Below are positions 1-21,173 of a stretch of 64,000 nucleotides of DNA, in pieces. The position numbers and the translations under genes are program-made. Source of the stretch: the human T2T-CHM13v2.0 reference genome, Homo sapiens; the NCBI RefSeq assembly GCF_009914755.1, contig NC_060936.1; one strand, 5' to 3'. The notes under the pieces are model-generated. The model ran no database searches. It was not told where the DNA came from and saw only the letters and a program-made list of their open reading frames with translations. Each line of letters starts with the position of its first letter. Positions within the stretch are counted from its first letter, which is position 1.

Positions 1-740
1 CTGGCTATCTTATTTCAGAGTGCCAATTTTTAAGTTCTGCGATTTTTTCCTCAGCTTGGTCTCTTCTGCTGTTAATACTTGTTATTGCATTGTGAAATTC
101 TTTTATTTTTTATTTTATTTTGTTTTTGAGACAAAATCTCACTCTGTTGTCCAGACTGGAGTACAGTGGCATGATCTTGGCTGACTGCAGCCTCTACCTC
201 CCAGGTTCAAATGATTGGCATGTCTCAGCCACTTGAGTAGCTGGGATTACAGGCGTATGCCACCATGCCCAGCTAATTTTTGCAGTTTTAGTAGAAAAAG
301 CGTTTCACTATTTGGCCAGGCTGGTCTTGAACTCCTGGCCTCAAGTGGTCCACCTGCATCAGCCTCCCAAAGTGCTGGGATTACAGGCATGAGCCACTGT
401 GCCCGGCTGCATTGTAAAATTCTTGTAGTGTGTTTTTCAGCTCTATCAGATCAGTTAGGTTCTCTTTTTTACTGGTTATTTCATCTGTCAGGTCCTGCAT
501 CATTTTATTGTGATTCTTAGTTTCCTTGGATTGGGTTTTGCCATTCTCCTGAATCTCAATGATCTTCATTCCTATCCATATTCCGAATTCTATTTCTGTC
601 ATTTCAGCCAACTCAGCCTCATTAAGAACCCTTGTTGGAGAACTAGTGAGGTTGTTTGGTGGACATAGGACAGTCTGGCCATTGGAGTTGCTGGAGTTCC
701 TGCATTGGTTCTTTCTTTTCTCTGTGCGTGGGTGCTCCTT
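1..740 (-). mobile_element. LINE-1 ORF1 fragment (old primate L1), interrupted by an Alu
   Basis: ORF 381..851(-) contains an ORF1p coiled-coil-like EMTEIEFGIWIGMKIIEIQE...ELKNTLQEF. Confidence 0.75.
103..407 (-). mobile_element. Alu (AluS-like) with 17-bp TSD
   Basis: TSD tgcattgt(g/a)aaattctt at 86-102 and 408-424. Confidence 0.93.
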
Positions 741-1330
741 TAACTGTTGGGCTGCCTCTGATTGAAGGGGCCAGGTAAGGGCGTGGTGGTTGTGCTGGAA
801 TCCCAGGCCAGACAGCCCTTCCCAATGAGCAGAAGGTACATGCATTGGCATTCATCAAGAAAACAACTCGACCCACAGAGAACAGAGAAAACAAGACAGG
901 ATGACCACCCACCCGGGAGTGACACCTAGTAACAACCTCAGTTCAAAAGTCTGCTGAGGGTGCTGCTTTCAGCTGAAATGAACATGAGGGTGTGGGGAAA
1001 GCCCTCCTTAGGAAGAAGGCTTTTTAGGTCTTAGTGAGTCCAAAAAAGAGGAGTGGCAGAAGTCATAAAAGAGGCACACGATGGAAATGTCTGTCCTTTT
1101 TAATATCATGGAGGCTGCTAGAGTTCTAACTAGGGAGAGCTCACCAACTAACAAGGCACTGAAGAGCCCACAGCTTGGGGCTCATGGGGACAAGGTCAGG
1201 AGATGGTGGGAGGGGATGCAAATTTAGAAGTTCCACCTACGAGGATCCCGATATGGCAAGTACAAAATGCCCAATTAACCTTTTTCTACATGTTTTCTTC
1301 CAATGGTGTTTAAGTTCACAGGACATAGAC

Positions 1331-1619
<289 letters not shown>

Positions 1620-2155
1620 CACAGGACATGGATTCTGAACAACTGGCATAAATCGACTGGCCTCAAGGTAAGGTTTTAAACTAAGCTTAAGCTTTTCTGT
1701 TGCCCTCAGATACCACTGAATTTCTTCTTCAGATTTTGGTGACATTAAGTGGTGGTTTCTGGAAATACAATTTTAATTTTGCTTGGGATGATTGTCTTGG
1801 GGTCTGGGGATAGCTCATTTTCTAAATTTTGTGGTTGTGGGGCTGGTGTTGCAATATTCTTGTGTCTCATTAACTTTCTGGAATTTTAAAAACAGACTCA
1901 TGGAAGGTTTGCCTCAGAACTCAGTCTTTGAAGCCTTGGAGGAACTAACCTGTTCCAGCCCAGGCCGCAGCTTCGGAAGGGACCACAGCTCTGCCCAGGG
2001 ATTGGAAACCCACTAGCTGGGATTAAACAGAACACAAATTGGAACTGATAGTTTTGTGACTTTAACATAGACACTTTGGGCTTCAATTACTTTTGACTTT
2101 AATGTCATAGTTTCAGTTTGCAATGGGATTTGAACTTTAATTTTGGAGTTTGATT

Positions 2156-2213
2156 AATGGGAGGGTTATTTGTTGTTCAAATTTGAAAATGGGAGGGTTA
2201 TTTGTTGTTCAAA
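2156..2213. repeat. 26-bp direct repeat AATGGGAGGGTTATTTGTTGTTCAAA x2 (period 32)
   Basis: Exact copies at 2156-2181 and 2188-2213. Confidence 0.92.
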
Positions 2214-2311
2214 ACCTTTATTGTTGGCAATCCCTTGTTGGAGCTTCTTAATACCATCATTTAATCTCATTGTGGATCTCCGATAGCTACTTAGATAACA
2301 TGGCTGCATGA

Positions 2312-2896
<585 letters not shown>

Positions 2897-3786
2897 AATG
2901 TATTTCAATTTCGTGGCAAAATTGCAGAAATGAACATAAAACACAGGTGAGGATAGGAGAGTCTAACTTTTCTGGCAAGATCGGGCAGTGTTGAGCTCCA
3001 AGGAAAAGGAGAAGGAACCCTGGACACATTGATAAGGCGTCCTCTTTTCCTTGGTATTAACTGAAGCATGCTCTTGATGGGGAGGAAGCTGCTGCTACTG
3101 CTGCCGTGTTTGGTGTTTGGAGAAGTTAATATGGTTTGTTATTTGTTAAAAGCTTACTGAGTACCAGGTATATGCTGAATGCTTAGCATACGTTATTTTG
3201 TTTAATCTTGGCCACAATGGGCCCTGACAGTGATAGCTGTGTCTGAAGTAGGTGCTATTATTCCCATTTTACACCTGATGAAGCTGGAGCTCAGAGAGGC
3301 ATAGTAACTTTTTCAAGGTCACACGGCTAAAATGAAAGGTAATGAATGGTTTGAATTCACTTTGGCACATTCAATCAACCAATCCTCAGATACTCACTGA
3401 GCGTGTTGTATCAGCCATTATTTTTAGTTGCAAGCAGTAGAAACCAACTCTGGCTGAGTTTAGCAGAAGATGAATTTATTAAAGGGACCCTGGATTGCTC
3501 ATGGAAATTCCAGGGGAGCTACAGAGCCATTGTGGAAGCTTCCCAGCAGGGACAATGGTCAGAACCTGGCTGCCGCTGCTGCCACTTCTTTGGCCATGGC
3601 CTGGATGCTTCGGCTTGCAATGCTTACCCACTGGGGCTGGATGCTGGGTGCTGCTGAGAACTCTACCTCCTCTGTGATCTTGCTGTGGCCACCACTGTCC
3701 CTACAGGCTCTAGGGTCCCTGCTTCCTGGCATTACTGGCTCTGGATTGAAAGCCTGGGCCTCTGATGAATGGAACGTGTGTGCATG

Positions 3787-4565
3787 TGAAACTGCCTTTG
3801 CAAAGATGATGACAGTGAGGGAAGTCTAGCATGGGTGACTCCATCTTGCCTCTACCCTCACAGGCTGGCTGTCCTCACTCATTCCTGGGCATAGGCCAAG
3901 CTAACCATGGGAGGAATTTAGTTTACAGTTTAACTCTGAAGCAAAGATGATATTAGTCCCTCCCTAAAATGAACCCCCTCCTAGCTCAGGGACCTGCCTT
4001 TGTAAAACTAATGAAAGGCCACAAGATTAGGATTATGGGAGGGGCTTGAATTTTGCTAAGATGTGGGTGTAGCTAACCGATGACCAGCCATTGACCCCTA
4101 GCTTGCCTTTCTATAATCCTTTGCTGCTCAGGAGTCATGCGGCCAGAGGTCACAAGATCTGTGACTTCCCCAATTGCTCCTATAGATAACATCACTATTG
4201 TAAAACCAAATATTGGTCTTCTGAGATATTTTTCAGACTTTTGCATTCTGAAATGATTCATGACTCAACTGGTCCTGTGACCCCCACCCAGAGGTGGACT
4301 TAGTGCACAAGGTCTGTTTTCTACACTCCTATGATTTTATCCCCAACGAATCAGTAGCACCCATTCTCTGCTCTTACCGCCCACCAAATTCTCCTTAAGA
4401 ACCCTAGCCTCTGAGTTCTTGTGGGGACTGATTTGAGAAATAAACTCCCATCCTTTCACTTGGCTAGCTCTGTGTTGTTAAACTCTTTCTCTACTGCAAT
4501 ACCATGGTCTCAGTGAATTGGTTTTGTCTACGCAGCAGGCAGGAAGAACCCTTCGGGTGATTACA
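3787..4565 (+). mobile_element. ERV1 solo LTR (LTR8-family-like), nested in an older MaLR-like element
   Basis: Starts TGAAACTGCCTTTGCAAA, ends TGATTACA, internal AATAAA near 4439. Confidence 0.72.
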
Positions 4566-5922
4566 AATTAGCCTGCTCCAGAGCTGCTGGAGGTGGGGGT
4601 GACACACTTCTTGTGCCTGTGTCTTCTTTCTTGGGAGGTCGGCTCTGTTCCCAAGACTGATATCATGGGGAACTCCTCTAATGTGGCAAAGCAGTTTGAA
4701 TGCTGGGCAGCCAGGGGAGTCACAGATGGTTGCATACACATCTGTGTTCTGCATGACACTGCTAGACATGGCGGACAATACCAAGACGGATCAGACCCAG
4801 CACCTGTCTTCCGAGACCTTACGGGCTCATGATTCTCTTCCTTTTAACATGCACATTTATTAGGTACCATAGTGTGCAAAGCTTGTTCACTCGAATTATT
4901 TCATTAGGTCCATCTGATAGTCATGTAGGGTAGGCAGAACTGATAGGATTTCTGTTTTATATTTGAAGAAACTAGGTCTGTCAATAGTGAGCCAGGTTTA
5001 AAAAAAAAAAGAAACTAGGAAGTTAGGTGATGAGCCTAAGACATCACCACTGGTGAGGAGCAGAGCTGGGACATGAGCCTATCTTCTGACTCCAGGCCCA
5101 GTGCTAAGCCAACTAAAGGGGCATAAAGGGGAGCTGAGATCAGGGAAGGCTCTGTGGAGTGGCACTGCCCCTCAGTCCCTTGTCTGCAATTCTAAAATCC
5201 AAAGGACTCTGAAAACAAAGTCTCTGTCTTTTTTTTGTAATGGGATCTCATTCTGTTGCCCAGGCTGGAGTGCAGTGGTGCCCTCTGCAGCCTCGACCTC
5301 CCTGGCACAAGTGATCCTCTTGCCTCAGCCTCCTGAGTAGCTGGGACTACAGGCGTGTGTCACAATACCTGGCTATTGTTTTTTGTTTGTTTGTTTTCAA
5401 GTTTGGGACTAAAACTCAATTTGGCAGCAAAACCTGACCCGAACTGATGTGATTTGTAATCTTTAGTTATCCATTTACCGTAAGATCAATGTGTTTAGCT
5501 GCAGAAATCTTAATGTTTGTTAATAGGGGGTTATCCTGGTCCATAAAGGGAGGGAGAGGAGGAGGTGTTACCTAATATTGGGTCCATGGACTACATAGCC
5601 TAAAAAAATCTATAAAATTTCAAAACACACCTGGCTTCAAGGGTTATGGATAAGGGAGTCTGGGTTGGATCTGAAAGGGGGCTTGGTTGTGGGGTAGAAT
5701 TTCGATGTTTGGAAGGGATGTGGAGGGATGTTATGAAGAGGAAGCCTCACGCCATACCACCTTGGGTCTTGGTGTTAAGTCATTATCAACCATTACATTT
5801 GCTTTAAAGCAGAGATGACTTACATTTCTGATAACTACTTTCCCTTAATTCATGATTCACACACATTTGGAGGGCTGGACTTTCTGGGTTTGGTTATTTC
5901 CCCTGGTACCAATCCCCGCCTT

Positions 5923-6165
5923 TTCCCAGAAATCACTTGACTTTCCCGAAAACTCAGAAACACACCCTTTGGCTGAAAAATAGCATTAAGCAATCGGTGA
6001 AATTCCCCATTCCTCCTTTCCCCGCTGGAGCCCTGGATAGAGGGCTCTCTGGCCTGGGAGGAGGACGCTGTCCTTGTTTCAAAAGCAGAGGGAGCTCCAA
6101 GATCAAGGCTGAGTTTCCCTAAGTCATGGTCTCCCAGCCCCCTCTGTTTAGATCAGGGAATTTCA
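5923..6165 (+). promoter_or_regulatory. C1S: C1S proximal promoter: GAS site TTCCCAGAA (5923-5931) and kB-like GGGAATTTC motifs (5999-6008 on -, 6156-6165 on +)
   Basis: Motifs read directly just upstream of exon 1; consistent with known IFN-gamma/cytokine inducibility. Confidence 0.5.
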
Positions 6166-6189
6166 GACATGCACACTCGGGTAGGGAAT

Positions 6190-6347
6190 CTTATGAACAG
6201 AACCAGGACAGGGAGGCTGGCCGGAGGTTCCTGCAGAGGGAGCGTCAAGGCCCTGTGCTGCTGTCCCTGGGGGCCAGAGGGGTTGCCCAGCATGCCCACT
6301 GGCAGGAGAGAGGGAACTGACCCACTTGCTCCTACCAGCTTCTGAAG
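6190..6347 (+). other. C1S: C1S non-coding exon 1 (5' boundary approximate)
   Basis: Donor CTGAAG|GTAAAA at 6347/6348 upstream of the ATG-bearing exon. The TSS cannot be fixed from sequence. Confidence 0.7.
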
Positions 6348-7308
6348 GTAAAATCCTTACAAACGAGGAGCAGAGCTTTGATGGAGGAAAAAGGAAAGGC
6401 AGAAAACTTCACGTAGGAGGGCTTGGGGCAATGATAGAGGGCTGACAAAGGCAGCATAAAAAAAGGCAGAATATAGACAACCTATTTCTCTTAGGCTCAC
6501 CCCATCCACCCCTACTTCACCCCCTTACCTACCACTGTTTTCAGGGTTAAAGCAATTTTAGCAACCCTTTACTAGGAACTGTGGGGAGATAGCTTGTATT
6601 TTCAGTAAGTTGGCGGTGGGGGGCAGGGACAAACTCCAAACAAACTCTGGAAAACGAATGTAGGAAGTTTTTATGTTCCTTGTCATTTGGCTGTCCCTTT
6701 TCTCCTTCCTCGCACAACCCTGTATCAGTGGGGCAGCACTTCCTTCTCAGACCGCTTGTCCCAGGGTCCCTGCCTTCCCCTAGTGAAAGAAGCTCCTGCC
6801 TCCATCGGTGGGCGTTGGGAGCATCAGCGGAGATGCACGCAATGATAAACAGCAGACAGGGCTGCTTGAGGAGATGAGGTGATCACGGTTAAAGAAGAGG
6901 GGCTGTCCTACATGGATGATCATGATGCGCCAAGACTGTTGAAAACCTGAGTGGAAATGGGAGCATCGTTCTTGAGGGCAGGAGAGAGACTGATACCGCG
7001 GGGGTGGGGCTGGTGGAGGACAATAGAGGAAGAAGAAAACTGGGAGAAAGTACTCGATTCCTTTGGAGAAAAATTAGGAGAAAGTCTAGAGAAGCAATGA
7101 GGGAAGGATACAATTTAGCTATAGTCTAGAAAGTTAGTCGAAGTTAACTAGGGAGGGTGTGAGGGGCACGGTGCCATGTGGGGATGTTGGTGATATGGCC
7201 CTGTGTGTTATACCTTTGAAGGTGACACTGAGCCCCAGGTGACGCCGCACCACCAAAGAAGGTGCTTGTGTTTGTCAGACAAATACAGCCAGGCCTGCCA
7301 CCCCTTAG

Positions 7309-7382
7309 GCTCCAAAGTCCGGAGGTGCAGAAAGCCAGGACCAAGAGACAGGCAGCTCACCAGGGTGGACAAATCGCCAGAG

Positions 7383-7387
<5 letters not shown>
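7309..7387 (+). CDS. C1S: C1S exon 2 (5'UTR plus ATG TG; coding 7383-7387)
   Basis: Acceptor ccttag|G at 7309; ATGTG|GTAAGT donor. Confidence 0.93.
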
Positions 7388-16130
<8,743 letters not shown>

Positions 16131-16488
16131 TCCAGATACATCCCACCAGCCTCTCCAAGGGTGGTGACCAATGCATTACCTTCTGTTCCTTATGATATTC
16201 TCATTATTTCATCATGACTGAAAGAAGACACGAGCGAATGATTTAAATAGAACTTGATTGTTGAGACGCCTTGCTAGAGGTAGAGTTTGATCATAGAATT
16301 GTGCTGGTCATACATTTGTGGTCTGACTCCTTGGGGTCCTTTCCCCGGAGTACCTATTGTAGATAACACTATGGGTGGGGCACTCCTTTCTTGCACTATT
16401 CCACAGGGATACCTTAATTCTTTGTTTCCTCTTTACCTGTTCAAAATTCCATTTACTTGATCATTCTCAGTATCCACTGTCTATGTAC

Positions 16489-16494
16489 AATAAA
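16489..16494 (+). terminator. C1S: C1S polyadenylation signal AATAAA
   Basis: AATAAA about 360 nt after the stop, followed by a T/GT-rich stretch (ttttgtgtg). Confidence 0.85.
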
Positions 16495-16824
16495 GGATGT
16501 TTATAAGCAAATTTTGTGTGACTTACCTCATTCCACACCAAACCCTCAGAATTATAGAAGGGGAATGGGATGAGAAGGCTGTTATGTCACTGAAATTGGG
16601 CATCCAGCAACTAATATTTAATTTAATTGTCACGAAAACAGGGAATTCAGCTTTTCTTCTCTCTTCCAAATGAGATTTACTGAATATTGTGGGTTAGTAT
16701 GAAGATCGCCAGTGTAAGGCATCACATTCTGCTTTTGAAACTCATTAATATTTACCTGGCCAAAAAAAAAAAAAAAAAAAGAAGAAAAGAAAAATAAGAA
16801 AAAAAAGAAGCTCATTAAATGTCA

Positions 16825-17121
16825 TGTGGTGCGTGGCTCACACCTGTGATCCCAACACTTTGGGAGGCGGGGGTGGGAGGATTGCTTGAGCCCAGGGATT
16901 CAAGACCAGTGTGAGCAACATAGGGAGACCCTGTCTCTACAAAAATAAAAAATAAAAATTAGCTAGGCATGATGGTGCGTGCCTTAGTCCCAGCTACTCA
17001 GGAGGCTGAGTTGGGAGGATCGCTTGAGCCCAGGAGGTCAAGGCTGCAGTGATCATGCCACTGTACTCCAGCCTGGGCAACCAGAGTGAGACATTATCTG
17101 GAACAAAGCAAAATAAAAAAA
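16825..17121 (+). mobile_element. Alu (AluJ-like)
   Basis: Dimer downstream of C1S. Confidence 0.88.
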
Positions 17122-18721
17122 CCCCACCTCATTCAGAAATCCATGTACAATAGTTTGAGTTGGCTGTTTAAGATCTTCTTTAAGTAGAAATTGTTTCAAT
17201 ATGTGAACGGAAAGTTAATTTTCCTCTAATACTCATTGTATCATGCAATATTATGACAACAAAAAAGAAAAACTAAAGAAATTGAGCATGCTCTTGTCTG
17301 CTTTCCTGGTGGTTTTAATCAATTTGTGACAATGTTTTCATTAGACTGAACTCTGTACCAAGATGACATAGCAGAAAATCTCGGTAAGGATGGACCCCAA
17401 AACTCTCCCTTCTATTTTCTAGGGGAAGGAAAAGAAAAGATTCCTCTTCCAAAAGAATGATTAGTGATGAGAAATGACTACAGAATAGAGACTTAGCATT
17501 TTAAAAACTGAGGACAGGACAACTATCTTAGGACAGCGGTTGCCCTAACAGGGCGTCTTAGGAAAGCGGAGGTCTGAGAGGAAGAGCTGAGGGGGAATCT
17601 GACCTATTTGATGTGACACGTGGCTTTCAGGAGGGCAGTTTTTACTAGAAGCCAAAAAAGGTTGGTTTGGGCCCATCAAGAATGGACTTTGATATTCCAT
17701 AGACCAAGAGGGCTAAATTCAACAGTTGACCTTAGACCGCAGGGTAAACGTGATGAGGTAACCAGAGGAACTCTAATTGAAGGGCCTGAAGAATTGAAGG
17801 GAATTACAACAGGGAGTCCCTGGGAGGATTATATGGTCAACCAAGCAGCATAAAGTCACTGTGTCACTCCTGAACTGTATGCCTCATAGCCACCTCCTCA
17901 CCCTTCCTGTCATTGCAGGAGCAATGGAGTTGACAGTGTGCCCTGGGTGAGAGTGTTTCCGTGAGAGGAGGATTCTTCTAGAGATAAAAAGGCATTGGAG
18001 GAATATTAAGATTTAGAAACATGGTCTGTGAAAGGGATATTGTTCTTCTTTTTTTATACTTGGGGCAATAGCAAAAAATTAACCTGGAATCTGACAAGTA
18101 ACAGAAAAAGGAAGTTCATCCCTCTCGGAGAATCACCAGTCTATTTGGGTTCTGCCCTTGCTGATGGGCTGAGGTATTGGTGAAGAATTTCCCTCTTTGC
18201 TGCCACCTTGTACGGCATGACGGGAATGGGCTTTGCATCGTTGACTGTGCTGCAAGGTCATTTCTCTGGGTGAATGGCAGGGAGAAGACCTAAATGAATC
18301 ATGATCAGAGACTTCAGAGCTGGGAAGAGCTTGTCATCAGGTCCTAGAGGGGCTAGAAAGTCATTCATTGTGTTTAAAGGGTATCCATCGTAGTACCTTG
18401 CAAGTTACTTGGGAACATATGTCCGCTTCATCTGAAACTCAGGAAAAGAGTTAGCTTTTTGAAGAAGGTGAATTGTCACTTTTCTTTGGTCAGAAGAAAA
18501 TGGACTGGTGGGTCAGCAACTCATGCCAGGGAGGAAAGACAATGTCCGGTGGTCAAGAGGGCTTGAACCTACTTGAAACTGGACCAGCCCAGAAGGGGCT
18601 AGAAGGGATCCTGGGACTCTAAAGTTTCCTTTACAGTGACTGCTAGAATCAGAAACATATTCAGTGGAAATGTGACTTTTTTCCTGCATATTGGTTATTA
18701 TTTTAAAAATTGAAAATATGA

Positions 18722-18994
18722 TGTGAGGCGTGGTGACTCACACCTGTAATCCCAGCACTTTGGGAGGCCAGGGAGGATGGATCACATGAGGTCAGGAGTT
18801 TGAGAGCAGCCTGACCAACACAGTGAAACCTTGTCTCTACTAAAAATACAAAAATTAGCCAGGTGTGGTGGCAGGTGCTTGTAATCCCAGCTACTCGGGA
18901 GGCTGAGGCAGGAGAATCGCTTGAACCTGGTATTGCAGTGAGCCGAGATGGCACCACTGCATTCCAGCCTGGGCAGCAGAGTGAGATTCCGTCT

Positions 18995-18996
<2 letters not shown>
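18722..18996 (+). mobile_element. Alu (AluS-like)
   Basis: Dimer with a (CA)n tail. Confidence 0.9.

Positions 18997-19034
<38 letters not shown>
18997..19034. repeat. (CA)19 microsatellite at an Alu tail
   Basis: Direct reading. Confidence 0.93.
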
Positions 19035-19038
<4 letters not shown>

Positions 19039-19978
19039 CACAACACAGCTTTATTTAATCTTGATCAGATCCACAAACTCTGCCATGGTTTTTAAAATAA
19101 TGATTTAACAAAACCCTTTTTCTTTTGACATATTCACAAGAAGTTGCAAAGTTAGTACAGAGAGGCGCTATTTCCCCTAATGGCTACATCTTAGGTAACT
19201 ACAGTACAATATCTAAACCAGGAAACTCATGTTGGTACAATGTGCAAGGGCAGTTTTGTGTTATTTTACTACATTGGAGACTCATGTGAGCACCTCTGCA
19301 GTCAAGATACGAAACAATTCCATCACTACCAAGATTTCCCTCTTGCTACGTTTTGTACTCACATCCTTTTTTATTTTCTCTTACAATCATAAAAAGACAC
19401 ATTGGAAAGATCCAGCTTCTCTCATTTGTCCTAAGAGGAAATTGATTTTGGGTATGTCCACCCTTGAACCAGAGAAAAGCAGAGACTGGACATATTGAGG
19501 GAGATGAAGTTGTGGTAACAGGAACCACAACGGGGGAACCCCCCCCCCCAGAGCAAAACCTACAGGGAAAGTCTCTGATGGACCTAGTTTCCTGAATGGA
19601 AGCATCTGTTTTAAAAAAAATCTCTCTTCCTCTATAAGGGACTACAAAGAACACAGAAGACCTGCAGCTGCCAGGAAGGAGCTCATTCTGATTGTAACCA
19701 TTGTGTTCTGCCTCATCTCCAAATGGGCTGTTTGCATTGTGTATCTATCTCCCTTTAGGTTTAATGTGGAAACAAATCATTTCTTTTGTCTTCATTGCTT
19801 AAGGACTGAGTGTGAAATATTTTTGGCATAATATGCTCAGGTTTTTCTGGGCATCTGCCTATTCATGGATAAAATGAAAATGTTTCTTGATCTCTCTTAG
19901 ACAGAAAGCAAGAAGAACTTAAGGTTTTTAACAGAAAAAATAAAAGAGGATGGCTAGAATAAAAATTCACAGAAATAG

Positions 19979-20270
19979 GGCCGGGCGCTATGGCTCATGC
20001 CTATAATCCCAGCACTTTGGGAGGCCGAGGCGGGCGGATCATGAGGTCGGGAGATTGAGATCATCTTGGCTAACACGGTGAAACCCCGTCTCTACTAAAA
20101 ATACAAAATTAGCCGGGCGTCATGGCGGGCACCTGTAGTCCCAGCTATTCAGCAAGCTGAGGCAGAAGAATCATTTGAACCTGGGAGGCAGAGGTTGCAG
20201 TGAGCCTAGATCACGCCACCGCACTCCAGCCTGCGTGACAGAGCGAGCCTCTGTCTCAAAAAAAAAAAAA
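19979..20270 (+). mobile_element. Alu (AluY/Sc-like), CpG-rich
   Basis: GGCTAACACGGTGAAACCCCG diagnostic; TSD-like tcacagaaata. Confidence 0.92.
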
Positions 20271-20860
20271 TCACAGAAATAAAAATTCACAGAATAAAAA
20301 TGCACGGAAGCAGGGATGAAAGCAAAAAAAGCACCTGAGCACCTAGTTGGGGGAGAAGTCAGGACAGCAGAGAAGAATCCTGGGGCCACTGCAGGTGAGT
20401 GTGTCAGATCTGAGTAGGACTGAAGAAGACCTAAAAGGGAGAATTTGGCCTTCTCATAGGGCCAAGCAGAGGCCGGTTGTGTGGGGCAGGGCTGACCCCA
20501 AAAGGCTTGACAGAGACCCCCGAGGAGAGGTTTTGGAAAACACTGAACACCTAGGTTGGACCTAGATGAACTTTACCTGCTCTGCCACATAATTGTGATA
20601 CAATTTATGTAGAATTTTTTTCCAGCAATTTACGAAGTTGTCTCGAGTTTGCCTTAAGTGGCCCTAAGCCTTTCAGGTCTCTTTTCCCGGTCCTTGGTGG
20701 CTTGCCTCCGTTTTGGTGTCCTGTGTTGTCCTCACTGTCATCATCTATCCTCTGAAAATATGATTTTTTTTTCCTGCATGCCTGTTATTTTCCTTCCTTC
20801 CTTCCTTCCCTTCCCTTCTTCCCTCCCTCCTTCTGTTCCTTCCTCTCTCTCTCTCTCTCT

Positions 20861-21173
<313 letters not shown>

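Noticed and set aside
215-520. Many 60-125 aa ORFs with [26 protein letters not shown] or RLECSG motifs across the window
   Set aside because: Alu translations, not genes.
17919-17946. Good acceptor (cccttcctgtcattgcag) and a donor 28 nt later, downstream of C1S
   Set aside because: Lies beyond the C1S poly(A) site with no recognisable coding similarity; isolated splice-like motifs are common.
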